Assembly: GCA_951406725.2 (NCBI GenBank)
Contig: OX597832.1
Coordinates: 67,146,001-67,210,000, forward strand
Direction: 5' to 3'
Length of the DNA stretch: 64,000 bases
From: Octopus vulgaris
Lineage: Eukaryota
The notes below the pieces were generated by a model, which was not told where the DNA came from, did not search any database, and saw only the letters and a program-made list of their open reading frames with translations. The position numbers and the translations under genes are program-made. The first letter of the stretch is position 1. Every line of letters begins with the position of its first letter. Positions 15,574 through 31,450 of this stretch are shown in pieces.

Positions 15574-15853
15574 GTTATATTTCGGAATGGTCATAGAAAT
15601 ATAAGCATGCGCAAATGAAGACATACAATAGAAATACAAAATGGCTGACGGTTAGTAAGGAGAGACACAAATAAGAAAGAAGAAAACAAAGGACTACTGA
15701 TGCGGTCACAGGAGTGTGACGAAAGAACTCTGGCCGAAATAAGATTAAGATTAATGTAAAAAATAAATAACAATGAAGCAAATAATACCAAATATATAGT
15801 GCGTGTGTTTTTATTGGCTAAACTGGCAAAATGACCATTCCGAAATATAACAA
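15574..15853. mobile_element. Short element with inverted ends and a hammerhead-like motif (Penelope pLTR-like relic)
   Basis: gttatatttcggaatggtcat / atgaccattccgaaatataac inverted ends; internal ctgatgc-g-gtcac..gtgac-gaaa-gaac-tc at 15697-15730. Confidence 0.5.
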
Positions 15854-16003
15854 TATATATATTTAGATACAGTGTACATTTAAACACATAAGAGGTAACC
15901 ATCATAGGATACCTTGAACACTAGAAGGAGTAGCCAAAATCCAAACCACTATTAGGGATAAATTTCGAAGGGAGTGAAAAATAAAAACATTTATCATCTA
16001 TTT

Positions 16004-16073
16004 CCTGGACCATGGTTTCTGACTCTATATTAGAAAATAAAATAGTTTACTAAGCGGAGTCGTCATCAGCCCG
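16004..16073 (-). ncRNA. Degenerate type I hammerhead ribozyme motif
   Basis: Minus strand: CTGATGA-c-gactc...gagtc-a-GAAA-ccatgg-TC; stem III is palindromic, stem I is poor. Confidence 0.55.
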
Positions 16074-16221
16074 TATGCCAAGAGTAATCAAAAACCACGA
16101 TGCAATCCAGTATGTGCCCGTGCTTAAATATTATATCGTTTCAAATCCACCGCGCAAGCGCAGTTTTTTTATCAGCAGAAAATAAAATAATGACGGCGTT
16201 AGTTCGAAAAGATTATCAATG

Positions 16222-16608
16222 ACTAGCAGTATCGCCCGGCGTTACTCAGGTTTGTAAGGGAAATAACTATAAAGCATTTTTAGAGAGTTATAGCCAAAAA
16301 ATAGCAAAAAAATGGAAAAAAAATGATGGTAAATTTTTTTTTTGAGAGTTAAAAAAGGTGGAGTTGCGTCCCCTAGACGGTCTGTGGTTTGGGTTTCTGA
16401 TTCTCGACCCCATGTCGAATTTATCGATTTTTTCAGAACTGGGGGAACTTTTCAAAATTTTCGCTGCGTTAGTTTTGAATTATGACATTGGGCTATGTGT
16501 GTGTCAAGTTTCATCAGAATCGGTTGAAAGCCGTGGTCAGGGTGAGGGTACGAGAAAACAGACACACAGAAACACGCACAGACAAACTGCCGTTTATATA
16601 GAGAGAAG
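16222..16608 (+). mobile_element. Non-autonomous Helitron/Helentron-like (HINE-type) element inserted into a fold-back relic
   Basis: Starts actagcagtatcgcccggcgttactcagg (subterminal hairpin) and ends ...gccgtttatatagagagaagat; it interrupts the inverted arms at 15860-15910 and 16619-16660. Family call is from recalled terminal structure. Confidence 0.5.
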
Positions 16609-16757
16609 ATTAATGATATGATGGTTACCTCTTATGTGTTTAAATGTACAATGCATTTATATGAATAATATATAGCCTATTGACTAATTTTTTTTACACG
16701 CTAGACCACTGATAGTAAAAATTTTTTTGAAACTTTTTCTTACCCTGATATTATTAA

Positions 16758-16832
<75 letters not shown>

Positions 16833-18081
16833 CATATATACATATATACATATATACATATATATATATATACATACATACAAGTGATTATACAAACGAA
16901 AGTAGGGCACTCGACATATTTATTGGGAGTTGCATACATATGTTACACTCATATATATATATTCATGCACACATACATGCTTATATACACATATGTATAC
17001 GTATATAGCCAAATAACTAGTGCCATGCACTGGCGTTCCCTGTTTACGACTCCCATACTGTAGTTGCGTTCTGTTCTTGAGCAAGACAATTCGCTTTTCT
17101 ATCATTCCAGGCCACTAACCGGTAAATGTCTGATTTTGTGACACATTGCCGTTCACTTCAATGGGAGTGTCGGTTTGCCTGTGTAGCCAGTAGGGCACGT
17201 TCATGCGAAACATAGAACAAAGTATACCGTATTCGGACCAGCGGTATATGATAACATCCGATATTCGAATCATAAACGTGATAGTGCCCTATCAACTGTA
17301 CATGTAGATATGCCTCTGTGAGTGTCTATATGCATCTCATATAAGAACAAATACATATGTACTTTGATATATATATATATATATATAAAATTGACTTCAA
17401 ATTTTGTCACAAGGCCGGTAAGTTGGGGTATTAATCAATGATATATAGTTGTTTATAATTAAACTAGTTTTAATTAGTCGGCAGTAATATTAAAATTAAT
17501 AAAAATGCATGAAAAGAACATTTAGTACCTTAAGTCAAAATTAGTGACGACTAAATTTTTCCTCTGATGTATTTGTATTGTCGCTAGCTGTTTACATTAA
17601 TTTTTAGTATTCCCGTTGTCATATCACCCAATCAGCCAAAAATTTATATGGCAGGTATTTATTGACAGAGGAATTTAGCTGCTCTATCGAAGCACTGGAC
17701 ACACGCTGTTGATATGTCCCAATTCGACGATAAAACCATGGTCCAGTCTTCTAGCTTTGATCATTGGGCGAGTATCTGCCCTCCCAGTATATGTAAGATT
17801 GCTTTTCCCCCCAGCTATAAGAGGTATATTTCTAACTACAACTACACGCCCGCACGTACGCACACTCACACACACACACACAATATGCTTATTTTGAGAA
17901 AATGGATTGACTAAAAATACCCGGATGTATTTCTCTCTAATAAAAAAGAGGAAGGCGAAATACCGCTGTCTCAATGTCCAGTGACGACATTCAATGTGAA
18001 GTATTTGTTTTAAATTTAGAATGTCTTATAAGAGAAATTTCTCCAGGAGAAAGTATATCTGCTGTCTACACACACACACAT

Positions 18082-18112
<31 letters not shown>

Positions 18113-18240
18113 CACGATGTAATATTATATACACAATTATGTAAGAACATACGTAGCTATATATTTTGATATGTACATATATATATACACACTCAGTCAC
18201 ACATATGCTGAAACCCATACATAAACATGTATTCGACCAA

Positions 18241-20453
<2,213 letters not shown>

Positions 20454-21387
20454 TATATACAGGGAGAGGTAAAAAAAAAAAAAAAAGAAAGAGAGACAGA
20501 GAGAAAGAGAAATATAGATAGATTGATTGATAGACAGATAGGCAAAATGTGTACCTGTGTTGCAAACACATCCTTGCTTAACCTGATATTGTTAGTATGC
20601 TTTATTTCAATCAACCTCTTCTCTGTATCAACACAGGAAAACACGAATCCAATATAAACATAACTGCCAATGTGAATACATCATAAATATAAAATAAATA
20701 GTTCGTTATTTACTTTTCGTTATTATCATCTTAGTGTTTGTCTTTCTCTTTCTCTTCCTACGCTTGTGTCTTCTCGTTCGAAATAGATTCGCCTACTCTA
20801 GCTTATATATTTTTGTGTAATTTTCAAAAGATATAATTGATATCATCATTGGATACTCTTGGCTCTTTTACAGAAATGCTGCCACTTCTATAGAAAAGTG
20901 GCTTTGATTTCGATTCGATTCCCCCGTCAGATTCCTCACCCAAAATATTCACCATGTGTATATATGATATTCCTATATATCGGGTGTACAATCATATGTA
21001 CGATAACCACTGAGCAGAGCTCAACATTATTAATACTTACTACCTCAGCTTTCAGTATTATGGCCCGGTGTACTGGTTAAATCACTGAACCTTGTCCAGT
21101 TAATTGTTATGATGTACAAAATATATGTAGTGTACGCTTAAGTTAAACACCAGCATAAATAATTTGTTCTTACGTAGGTTTTCCAATAACAGTTACTTAT
21201 AACTCAGCATTGAATGTTCGAAGTACATTTGGATGCCCAAACACAATGGTCTAAAGGGGAACATATTATTGCATTTTCTGTTACATAGATCTATCTCTGT
21301 AAAAGAACACAAGAAACGGTCATAGCAACTAAATATTGATACTGTTTATCGTAATTTATCCCGATATATACATATATATATATATAT

Positions 21388-23106
21388 GATTTTTGATTTT
21401 GATTTTTCCAGTTTCAGCTAATGAGCTGTGGCCATGCTGGGGCACCGCCATTTGGTTGCTACACGATTTTACCTCACGGATGCTTTTTAGCAAACGCCAT
21501 CTGATGCATGAGAGAGTTCGATGCAGCTGCCCTCATCTGCACCTCCTGCCGTGAAGTTGGTTCATCCGGGACACCTGACAGGAAGAGATCCAGTCCTACT
21601 TTAAAGACATCCGCATCCACACCATGCAGGTCCCTCAGGTTCTTTGGGAGGATATTGAAGAGCTGTGGGCCTCTGAAGCCCAGGCTATCACAATATCTTG
21701 TCCTACATCTTGATGGCAAATTTGGAGTCCTTGGTACTACGCAGTGGCGTCCGGTTCTGGCATTTGTGTGACTCTCGATGCCAAAGTCTGGGACAAGTCC
21801 TTCCAGGATCTTCCAGATATATATTATGGCATATCTTTCTCGCCTACGCTCCAGGGAATAGAGCTTTAATCTCTTGAGTCTTTCCCAGTAGCTCATATGT
21901 TGCACAGAGGCTATCTTCTTCGTGTAGCTTCGTTGGATCGCCTCAAGTTCTGTGATCAACTTGACACTGGATGGTGACCATAGCTGAGAGCAATAGTCAA
22001 AGTGGGTTAGGATAAGTGTCTTCCAGAGGACCATCATGGTTTTTTGTTCTCTTGTTCTAAAGGTTCTAAGAATCCATCCAGCCAGCCGTCTACATTTCAT
22101 TGCCAGTTTAGCAACATGTACATGAAAGGTCGCGTCATCACTCATGTGAATACCAAGGTCACGCACTGATTGTGCCTCTGAGATTGCAATCCCTCCGGGT
22201 CCAGTGTATTCATTGGGTATTGCATTCAGTTTTGCATGCTGATAGTATAAAGCTTGAAACTTTTCAGCATTGAACTGCATGCTATTCTTTTCAGCCCACT
22301 TGTATATTTCGTCCAGCTCACATTGCAGGTGCTTAGTGTCTTCAGGGTTCTGTATTGCCTGTGAAACTTTTGTATCATCTGCATAACTTGTGATCGTGGC
22401 TCTCTGCGTGGCTGAGGGCATGTCTGAGAGGACCATTATGAACAGTAGTGGTCCCAAAACAGTGCCCTGCGGAACACCGCTCACTATTTGCTGCTACCAC
22501 CTGACTTCTATTCTTCAGAAAGTCATGAAGCCATTCTCCCAATTTTCCAACTATGCCAAGATCACGCAGTTTGTGACATATCATTCCATGATCGACTTTA
22601 TCAAAGGCCTTTGCAAAGTCGAGATATATGACTTCCACATTTGAGTGGTTGAGCAGTTGTTTCAGCACCCAGTCATGGTGTTGTAGGAGCTGAGTTAAGC
22701 AGCTTCTTCCTGGTCGGAAACCATGTTGGGTGTCAGGCAGCAAGTCATTTTCTTCAAGGAAGGTGATTAGTTTCCTTCTGACTATTCGTTCCATGACCTT
22801 GCTGATGTGTGAGGTGAGAGAGATAGGTCTGTAGTTCTTGGCCTCTGCTCTGCTACCTCCTTTATGAATAGGGCATATTTTACCTTCCTTCAGTTTTCTT
22901 GGAAGTTTGCCAGCTGCAAGGAAGCTCTGAAAGAGGATCTGCAGTGGTCTTGCTAGGACTCTCTTACATACTTTTAGGAGGATTGCCGGGAATCCATCGG
23001 GGCCAATAGCTGAGTCTGTTTTCATTTCATCTATGGCCTTTATTACATCGTCTTCCTTTATATCGATGTAATTTATCGTCGCCGCCTCTGATTTTATATC
23101 TGCAGT

Positions 23107-23111
<5 letters not shown>
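21388..23111 (-). mobile_element. 5'-truncated CR1/L2-group LINE (reverse transcriptase, 3' UTR and tail) inserted in (TA)n
   Basis: Motifs GPDG, NYRPISLTS, QHGFRPGRSC, YLDFAKAFDKVDH, GVPQGTVLGPLLF, YADDTK, RDLG, LYSLERRRERY; 3' tail (AAAAATC)n; (TA)n on both sides. Confidence 0.92.
21474..23110 (-). pseudogene. LINE ORF2 reverse transcriptase with one frameshift near 22484 and no endonuclease domain
   Basis: ORFs 22375..23370 and 21474..22484 join between VAAN and SGVPQG; otherwise stop-free. Confidence 0.88.
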
Positions 23112-23185
<74 letters not shown>

Positions 23186-23194
23186 GAAATAAAA

Positions 23195-23859
23195 CATATG
23201 CATATATATAAACATATATGTACGTACCTACCTCTACATGTACATATACACGCATATATAAGTACAGGACACCAAAGGGACGTCGAACACAAAGAGAAAC
23301 GAAAACATAGACACAAACCAAAGGAACTGGACATTTTTTTAAAAACAACAAAAAATGGAGTACAGGACAATTAACACAACGAAAAGACCCCCTCTTCAGT
23401 CGCTAAGGTTTCATCTACTCTACCTTTCGAAGGATAAAAGCGAGACGTATCTTCGACAAGAAACCTTCCTTCCTGCGAAAAGCAAATCAATTAAAATTCT
23501 GAGATCTTTTCGCAGAGGAGTAAAAAATGTTAAAAAAATGATACATGTATATATATATATATTTATATATATACAAACAGTCAGATGATATAAAAAAGGG
23601 ACAAGAAAAAACAAGGACGAAAAAACGGAGAAACGGTACACAAATACAAATGCGAATGTGAATCGTTGTCGATTTTTTTCCCCACCGTCTTCCTTTTCTA
23701 TCGGACATTCTTCTGTTTCCTGTTTCCGAAGTAGAGATTTGCTCGAAACGTAAAACCACCTTTTCTTTCCTACTCTGGGCGTCTGCTAATACTTTACATG
23801 TACCATGTCCTCGCCTTGTTGTTTCTTTTTTATGTGTTTGTACTTCGTTATTTTTGATT

Positions 23860-23860
<1 letters not shown>
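23195..23860. mobile_element. Non-coding Penelope pLTR-like relic with a decayed minimal hammerhead at ~23724-23755
   Basis: ttt-ccgaagt-agag-attt-gctc-GAAA-cg-TA-aaa; related sequence at 545-720, 4795-4845, 41720-41800 and 42860-42980. Confidence 0.35.
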
Positions 23861-23911
<51 letters not shown>

Positions 23912-23924
23912 ATATATATCATAT

Positions 23925-23984
<60 letters not shown>

Positions 23985-25472
23985 GCATATGTATATATAT
24001 TTACACATATATATATGCATATAGATATGCGTATATATATATGTATATATGTACATATATACATACTTACATATATATATATATATAACGAGCTTCAAAT
24101 GCAGCGAAGTGCATCTCTGACGCAAGTGCATGCACACATATACGTACACAACGGACTTCATACACAACGGACTTCCACATTTTCTGTTTACCAAATTCAC
24201 TGATGGGGAATTGGCTTACATGTGCTTATAGTAGATCTTTGCCCAAGATCCTTAGTAGTGGCACTGCATAATACATATAATAAATTTTCGTATACTAGTA
24301 ACTGGATCCACATCGATCGTATAAATATTGTCGATAGTTATGTGCTATTTTATTTAGAGTAACAGTGGCTGAATATATCTATAATCGCCTATAAACACGA
24401 AATTGCCATCTTATACATTTGGAGAGAAAAATGTTTGGGAACATTTTATTATACAAAATAAGGAAATTGAAAAGTTATTTGCCAGAAAATTATCGACTGC
24501 ATAGTCGCTTCACCAATGTCACTCAGTTTTTATTTTGGGTCCCTTAAACTGAAACTAAAATGTTTCTCATATGGTACGGAAATGTATTGTATTATGACAT
24601 GGTAAGAGTACCCGCTTTAGTGATTTGTTACTGTTAGACCCTCAGGACATTATCGTTTCTGAAAAAATCGAGCAGATAAAAGTTATTCACGCTGTAATCA
24701 TGGCGTGTATTTGCAAGCAATATTCATTAAGGTTATTACGTAACCACTCCTTTTTTTAAGTGAATGTTTATGGGATTTGACTAAAATATTCAGCCGGTGA
24801 AACAATTAAGGCCACATTCAGATGTGCTTCCCAGAACCTTATCTATGTCCTAACCAGTTCAGGTTGTAGCCACAATTATGTAGGCCAAACGAACCTTACT
24901 TTGAGACGCAGAGTCGCGCTGCATAAAGAACAGATTCGTTTCCCTCAATACAGGCAGATAGCACTGAGCGGCCACATCGACAGATGTGCAAGTAATAAAA
25001 CGCTGAATTTTCATATCTTCCCATTATACAAATGCAAAATTCAATCTCAGTACAAGAACGCCTAAAGAAGGAAAACCTGTTCATACAAAAGCACAAACCA
25101 CACCTTAATATACAAATTTGACCATTTTAAACATTATACTAAGGAGTCAGTTGTTCCCCACTTGCCATCTGTTGCTTCCCTTGGTTCTCTCTCTAGACTC
25201 ACTCTTATTTTTCAAACATCCAAAATGATGAAACCTCTCTGTCACGAGAACTGATTACTGTACAATGTCCCTTGAAAAGCTAATTTAAATAGCGAAAACC
25301 TGTTGGATTTCACGCCATCCATATAATATGTATATAGTTATAAAAAAGATTCTGTCTATATGAAAAGAAGGCATTTCTCTTCCAATTTTTATATTTTTCT
25401 ACCTATTTTCAACTCATAATTTTGCCACGTGGTGATTAATGAAACTTCTGTATCTTACAGCTTGTATATTTA

Positions 25473-25510
<38 letters not shown>

Positions 25511-25527
25511 CACATATGCATACATAC

Positions 25528-25567
<40 letters not shown>

Positions 25568-26760
25568 GATTGATATTTGTCGTAGTCGATGCATCAGGGC
25601 CAAAAAATCTTACTTTCTTTTTATTTTTACTTCACATTCTAGTGTCAGGGATTCATCTGAGACTTTATGATAATTTAGATTCTGCAATCAGACCCTCTAT
25701 TCACAAGCAAATCGTTTAAAGGAAGGTGTATTTGTTTCACATTATCACAGATTTCATATGCGCACTATCCTTGTCATAACATATTTCCTGATGTCGTCTT
25801 GACATATTTCCTCTGCCTATTCGCTAAGCACAACATTACTCAAATTGTGATGCTTTTATTCCAATCATCATCATCCTCATTATCATCGTTTCAAGTCCGC
25901 TTTTCATGCTAACATGGCTTGGACGGTCTGGCATGGAGTTTACCAGCTGATAGTTGTCTAGACTATAATTATCTGTTGTGGCATGATTTCTATATGTACA
26001 TGCCCTTCTTAACATCAACCACCTAACAGAGTGTATACTTCCTTATTATTCGTCTACCTATCCTTCTATCTTCGAAAGGGCCCTCTTACATTTCGCAGTC
26101 CTGCCTGAACATTGCCATAAATGAGAATTATCGTCAATCTTTCGACATTTAGCCTAGCTCTATGGCTAGCCCATCTTAATTGAGACTGCATCAAGAACGC
26201 ATATCACATTTATGAAACAACTGCAACTGTCTATTAGTGACTTTGATTTGTAATGTGATATAACAAATATTTTGAAGACACCCTTCGTGGAAAATATCGA
26301 GTTGGGAAATATGTTTTCTATATGATGTGCACGCACCCGTACAGCAAATCTGAGACTGTAAATGCGCTGTAATTTAAAATGTTGGATTCCAGTCTCAAAG
26401 CCCTCATTCCATACCATTGCTCGCAGCTTTTAAAAAGCATCATTAGACTTGGCGATCCTATTTACCATTTCCTGATCTAAAGAAGCGCTACAACTGATTT
26501 TATTTCGTAAATATGAGGAGGACTTCTCACATTTTGGAGGATTCTTTTCCACAAAAGTGTTATGTGATGGAGCACTATATTGAGACATTGGTAGTATTAT
26601 GTCCTTTTTTAGATAAGTGTTGGTTTAGACTGATATATGACGTCAAAAATTTTCACAATTAATGTTAGTTCTGATGGGTTTTACCACAGAGCAAAGCAGG
26701 CTTACAACTTCTTATATTTCCTGGAAAGAATTAGCTACTAGAGTTGCATTACACACGCAA

Positions 26761-26799
<39 letters not shown>

Positions 26800-26898
26800 T
26801 ACACATATGAGTGTGTGTATGTATGTATGCATGTATGTATTAATGATCAGATATACACAACCAGACACACTTATTGTTTTCTGTATTGTTTTCTGTAT

Positions 26899-27024
<126 letters not shown>

Positions 27025-27802
27025 CATTAAATAGGTAAAAATGATATTTATCAATTAGAACTCAGTGGTCTAGCATATTTAAGAGTAAAATATTTATATA
27101 TATCAATTAAGGAAAGTGGTCAAATATTAAAGAAAGAATCCGAAGATTAAAATATTTATATATACCAATTAAAAGGACTGAACACGAAAAAGTGGACAGT
27201 CAACATGCTAGATATAGACGTCAAATCGCCATTCTCCACAAAAAGTCTATGTTCTCAGATCAAACTCAACACAAAACCAAAACAATAAACAAGTGAAAAA
27301 TATACGAAATAAATATTTACCCATGTACTAAAATCAGTTTCGGCTGTTATTTTCCGTAAGGAAAAGTGCAGCCATCATAGCATGGTATATAAAACGTAAG
27401 TTGCTGTTAAATTTGATACCGGTGCAAACGGCCTATTACATTGAAATATATTATCAATGTCTCTATTTTGGCGCGATGAGACCCGAGAAAACCAGCCTGC
27501 AGCTAATAGTTAGCAGCAGTTAATTTATCGGTTAGAGAACAAATATTTATATAACATTAAATTTAGGGTAAAAATTGATATTTATCAATTAGAACCAGTG
27601 GTCTAGCATATTAAAGAAAGAATCCGAAGATTAAAATATTTATATATACCAATTAAGGACTGAACACGAAAAAGTGGACAGTCAACATGCTAGATATAGA
27701 CGTCAAATCGCCATTCTCCACAAAAAGTCTATGTTCTCAGATCAAACTCAACACAAAACCAAAACAATAAACAAGTGAAAAATATAAGAAATAAATATTT
27801 AC

Positions 27803-27868
27803 CCATGTACTAAATTCAGTTTCGGCTGTTATTTTCCGCAAGGAAAAGTGCAGCCATCATCAGCATGG
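27803..27868 (-). ncRNA. Type I hammerhead ribozyme (inverted arm, intact core)
   Basis: Reverse complement: ccatg CTGATGA t ggctg...cagcc GAAA ctgaatttag TA catgg. Confidence 0.85.
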
Positions 27869-28319
27869 TCCCATATAAAATGTAATTTGCTGTACTAAAT
27901 GCCAACACGATACCGAAATATCGCGTGCATGGAGTACGGCCTATTACTTTGAAATATATATTTCAAATGTCTCTAATTTTGGCGCGATGAGAATGTGGAG
28001 AACGATTTGTCTATATCTAGCAATAATTGGTATATAAATATTTTAATCTTCGGATTCTTTCTTTAATATGCTAGACCACTGGTTCTAATTGATAAATTCA
28101 ATTTTTACCCTAAATTTAATGTTATATAAATATTTGTTCTCTAACCGATAAATTAACTGCTGCTAACTATTAGCTGCAGGCTAGTTTTCTCGGGTCTCAT
28201 CGCGCCAAAATTAGAGACATTTGAAATATATATTTCAAATGTAATAGGCCGTACTCCATGCACGCGATATTTCGGTATCGTGTTGGCATTTAGTACAGCA
28301 AATTACATTTTATATGGGA

Positions 28320-28385
28320 CCATGCTGATGATGGCTGCACTTTTCCTTGCGGAAAATAACAGCAGAAACTAAATTTAGTACATGG
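28320..28385 (+). ncRNA. Type I hammerhead ribozyme, unit 1 (stem II closing pair mutated; stem III perfect palindrome)
   Basis: ccatg CTGATGA t ggctg...cagca GAAA ctaaatttag TA catgg; predicted cut after 28380. Confidence 0.75.
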
Positions 28386-28830
28386 GTAAATATTTATTTC
28401 GTATATTTTTCACTTGTTTATTGTTTTGGTTTTGTGTTGAGTTTCATCTGAGAACATAGACTTTTTCTGGAGAATGGCGATTTGACGTCTATATCTAGCA
28501 TGTTGACTGTCCACTTTTCGTGTTCAGTCCTTAATTGGTATATATAAATATTTTAATCTTCGGATTCTTTCTTTAATATGCTAGACCACTGGTTCTAATT
28601 GATAAATATCAATTTTTACCTTAAATTTAATGTTATATAAATAGTTGTTCTCTAACCGATAAATTAACTGCTGCTAACTATTAGCTGCAGGCTGGTTTTC
28701 TCGGGTCTCATCGCGCCAAAATTAGAGACATTTGAAATATATATTTCAAATGTAATAGTCCGTACTCCATGCACGCGATATTTCGGTATCGTGTTGGCAT
28801 TTAGTACAGCAAATTACATTTTATATGGGA

Positions 28831-28896
28831 CCATGCTGATGATGGCTGCACTTTTCCTTGCGGAAAATAACAGCCGAAACTGAATTTAGTACATGG
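28831..28896 (+). ncRNA. Type I hammerhead ribozyme, unit 2
   Basis: ccatg CTGATGA t ggctg cac ttttcc ttgc ggaaaa taa cagcc GAAA ctgaatttag TA catgg; GUA cut after 28891. Confidence 0.88.
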
Positions 28897-29342
28897 GTAA
28901 CTATTTATTTCGTATATTTTTCACTTGTTTATTGTTTTGGTTTTGTGTTGAGTTTGATCTGAGAACATAGACTTTTTGTGGAGAATGGCGATTTGACGTC
29001 TGTATCTAGCATGTTGACTGTCCACTTTTTCGAGTTCAGTCCTTAATTGGTATATATAAATATTTTAATCTTCGGATTCTTTCTTTAATATGCTAGACAA
29101 CTGGTTCTAATTGATAAATATCAATTTTTACCCTAAATTTAATGCTATATAAATATTTGTTCTCTAACCGATAAATTAACTGCTGCTAACTATTAGCTGC
29201 AGGCTAGTTTTCTCGGGTCTCATCGCGCCAAAATTAGAGTCATTTGAAATATATATTTCAAATGTAATAGGCCGTACTCCATGCACGCGATATTTCGGTA
29301 TCATGTTGGCATTTAGTACAGCAAATTACATTTTATATGGGA

Positions 29343-29408
29343 CCATGCTGATGATGGCTGCACTTTTCCTTGCGGAAAATAACAGCCGAAACTGAATTTA
29401 GTACATGG
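29343..29408 (+). ncRNA. Type I hammerhead ribozyme, unit 3
   Basis: Same motif; cut after 29403. Confidence 0.88.
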
Positions 29409-29854
29409 GTAACTATTTATTTCGTATATTTTTCACTTGTTTATTGTTTTGGTTTTGTGTTGAGTTTCATCTGAGAACATAGACTTTTTCTGGAGAATGG
29501 CGATTTGACGTCTATATCTAGCATGTTGACTGTCCACTTTTTCGTGTTCAGTCCTTAATTGGTATGTATAAATATTTTAATCTTCGGATTCTTTCTTTAA
29601 TATGCTAGACCACTGGTTCTAATTGATAAATATCAATTTTTACCCTAAATTTAATGTTATATAAATATTTGTTCTCTAACCGATAAATTAACTGCTGCTA
29701 ACTATTAGCTGCAGGCTGGTTTTCTCGGGTCTCATCGCGCCAAAATTAGAGACATTTGAAATATATATTTCAAATGTAATAGGCCGTACTCCATGCACGC
29801 GATATTTCGGTATCGTGTTGGCATTTAGTACAGCAAATTACATTTTATATGGGA

Positions 29855-29920
29855 CCATGCTGATGATGGCTGCACTTTTCCTTGCGGAAAATAACAGCCG
29901 AAACTGAATTTAGTACATGG
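29855..29920 (+). ncRNA. Type I hammerhead ribozyme, unit 4
   Basis: Same motif; cut after 29915. Confidence 0.88.
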
Positions 29921-30366
29921 GTAAATATTTATTTCGTATATTTTTCACTTGTTTATTGTTTTGGTTTTGTGTTGAGTTTGATCTGAGAACATAGACTTTT
30001 TGTGGAGAATGGCGATTTGACGTCTATATCTAGCATGTTGACTGTCCACTTTTTCGTATTCAGTCCTTAATTGGTATATATAAATATTTTAATCTTCGGA
30101 TTCTTTCTTTAATATGCTAGACCACTGGTTCTAATTGATAAATATCAATTTTTACCCTAAATTTAACGTAATATAAATATTTGTTCTCTAACCGATAAAT
30201 TAACTGCTGCTAACTATTAGCTGCAGGCTGGTTTTCTCGGGTCTCATCGCGCCAAAATTAGAGACATTTGAAATATATATTCCAAATGTAATAGGCCGTA
30301 CTCCATGCACGCGATATTTCGGTATCGTGTTGGCATTTAGTACAGCAAATTACATTTTATATGGGA

Positions 30367-30432
30367 CCATGCTGATGATGGCTGCACTTTTCCTTGCGGA
30401 AAATAACAGCCGAAACTGAATTTAGTACATGG
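30367..30432 (+). ncRNA. Type I hammerhead ribozyme, unit 5
   Basis: Same motif; cut after 30427. Confidence 0.88.
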
Positions 30433-30584
30433 GTAAATATTTATTTCGTATATTTTTCACTTGTTTATTGTTTTGGTTTTGTGTTGAGTTTGATCTGAGA
30501 ACATAGACTTTTTGTGGAGAATGGCGATTTGACGTCTATATCTAGCATGTTGACTGTCCACTTTTTCGTGTTCAGTCCTTAATT

Positions 30585-30624
<40 letters not shown>

Positions 30625-31382
30625 ATGAGTAGTGTCTATATGAGTAGTGTATATATATATTAATATACCAATATTTTTCTCAAGTGACCCAAAATATATT
30701 TAAGCAGAACTAAAATATTTCATATTTCACCTTTTTTTTTATATGTTTGTATCCAAACTATAACTGTCTTCAAGGTGCTTCTTAAGGTAACCAATACTAA
30801 ATTCATTATTTTACTTCTAAGTAGTATTATCCATTTATTTCAAGTAATTGTGTTAATTGGAAATTCAACAGAGAGACACAACTGAGAAAAGAATGAGAAA
30901 ACAAAGATTACCATTAAGTAATAAAGAAAGAAACAAACTGTTAGATGAGGAGGGGGAAAGAGTTGAAACTACGGAGATTGTTAGAGATTTTAGGGAAGAA
31001 ATATGAGTACTTTTAAGTTTAATTATATAAACCAAAGTTTTCAGTTTAGAGGGAATTTTTTTTCTCCCTTTTTTCATCTTTTTCCTTCACATACAGGAAA
31101 ATATATTGATGTATAATCGCTATCCTGCTCTCATGAAAATGAGAGAAGAAAGCCACCATAGTGACAAATATTGGAATACGTTACGATGTGTGTGTCATGG
31201 ACAACAAAGACACGCGTTTTTGTCATAAATTTACACGACAATAACATGTGATGATGCCTACAAACTATGGCAAATATCTAATACGAAGAGAAAAGTTGAA
31301 ATTGCAGTTATTTGCATATATATAATACATGTGTATGTTTGCCCCTAAGTACATACACATACATCCATACATCCATCCATAC

Positions 31383-31450
<68 letters not shown>

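Noticed and set aside
30868-31005. Purine-rich + strand stretch reading RDTTEKRMRKQRLPLSNKERNKLLDEEGERVETTEIVRDFREEI*
   Set aside because: Short, weak acceptor, no recognisable domain; explicable by GA-rich composition
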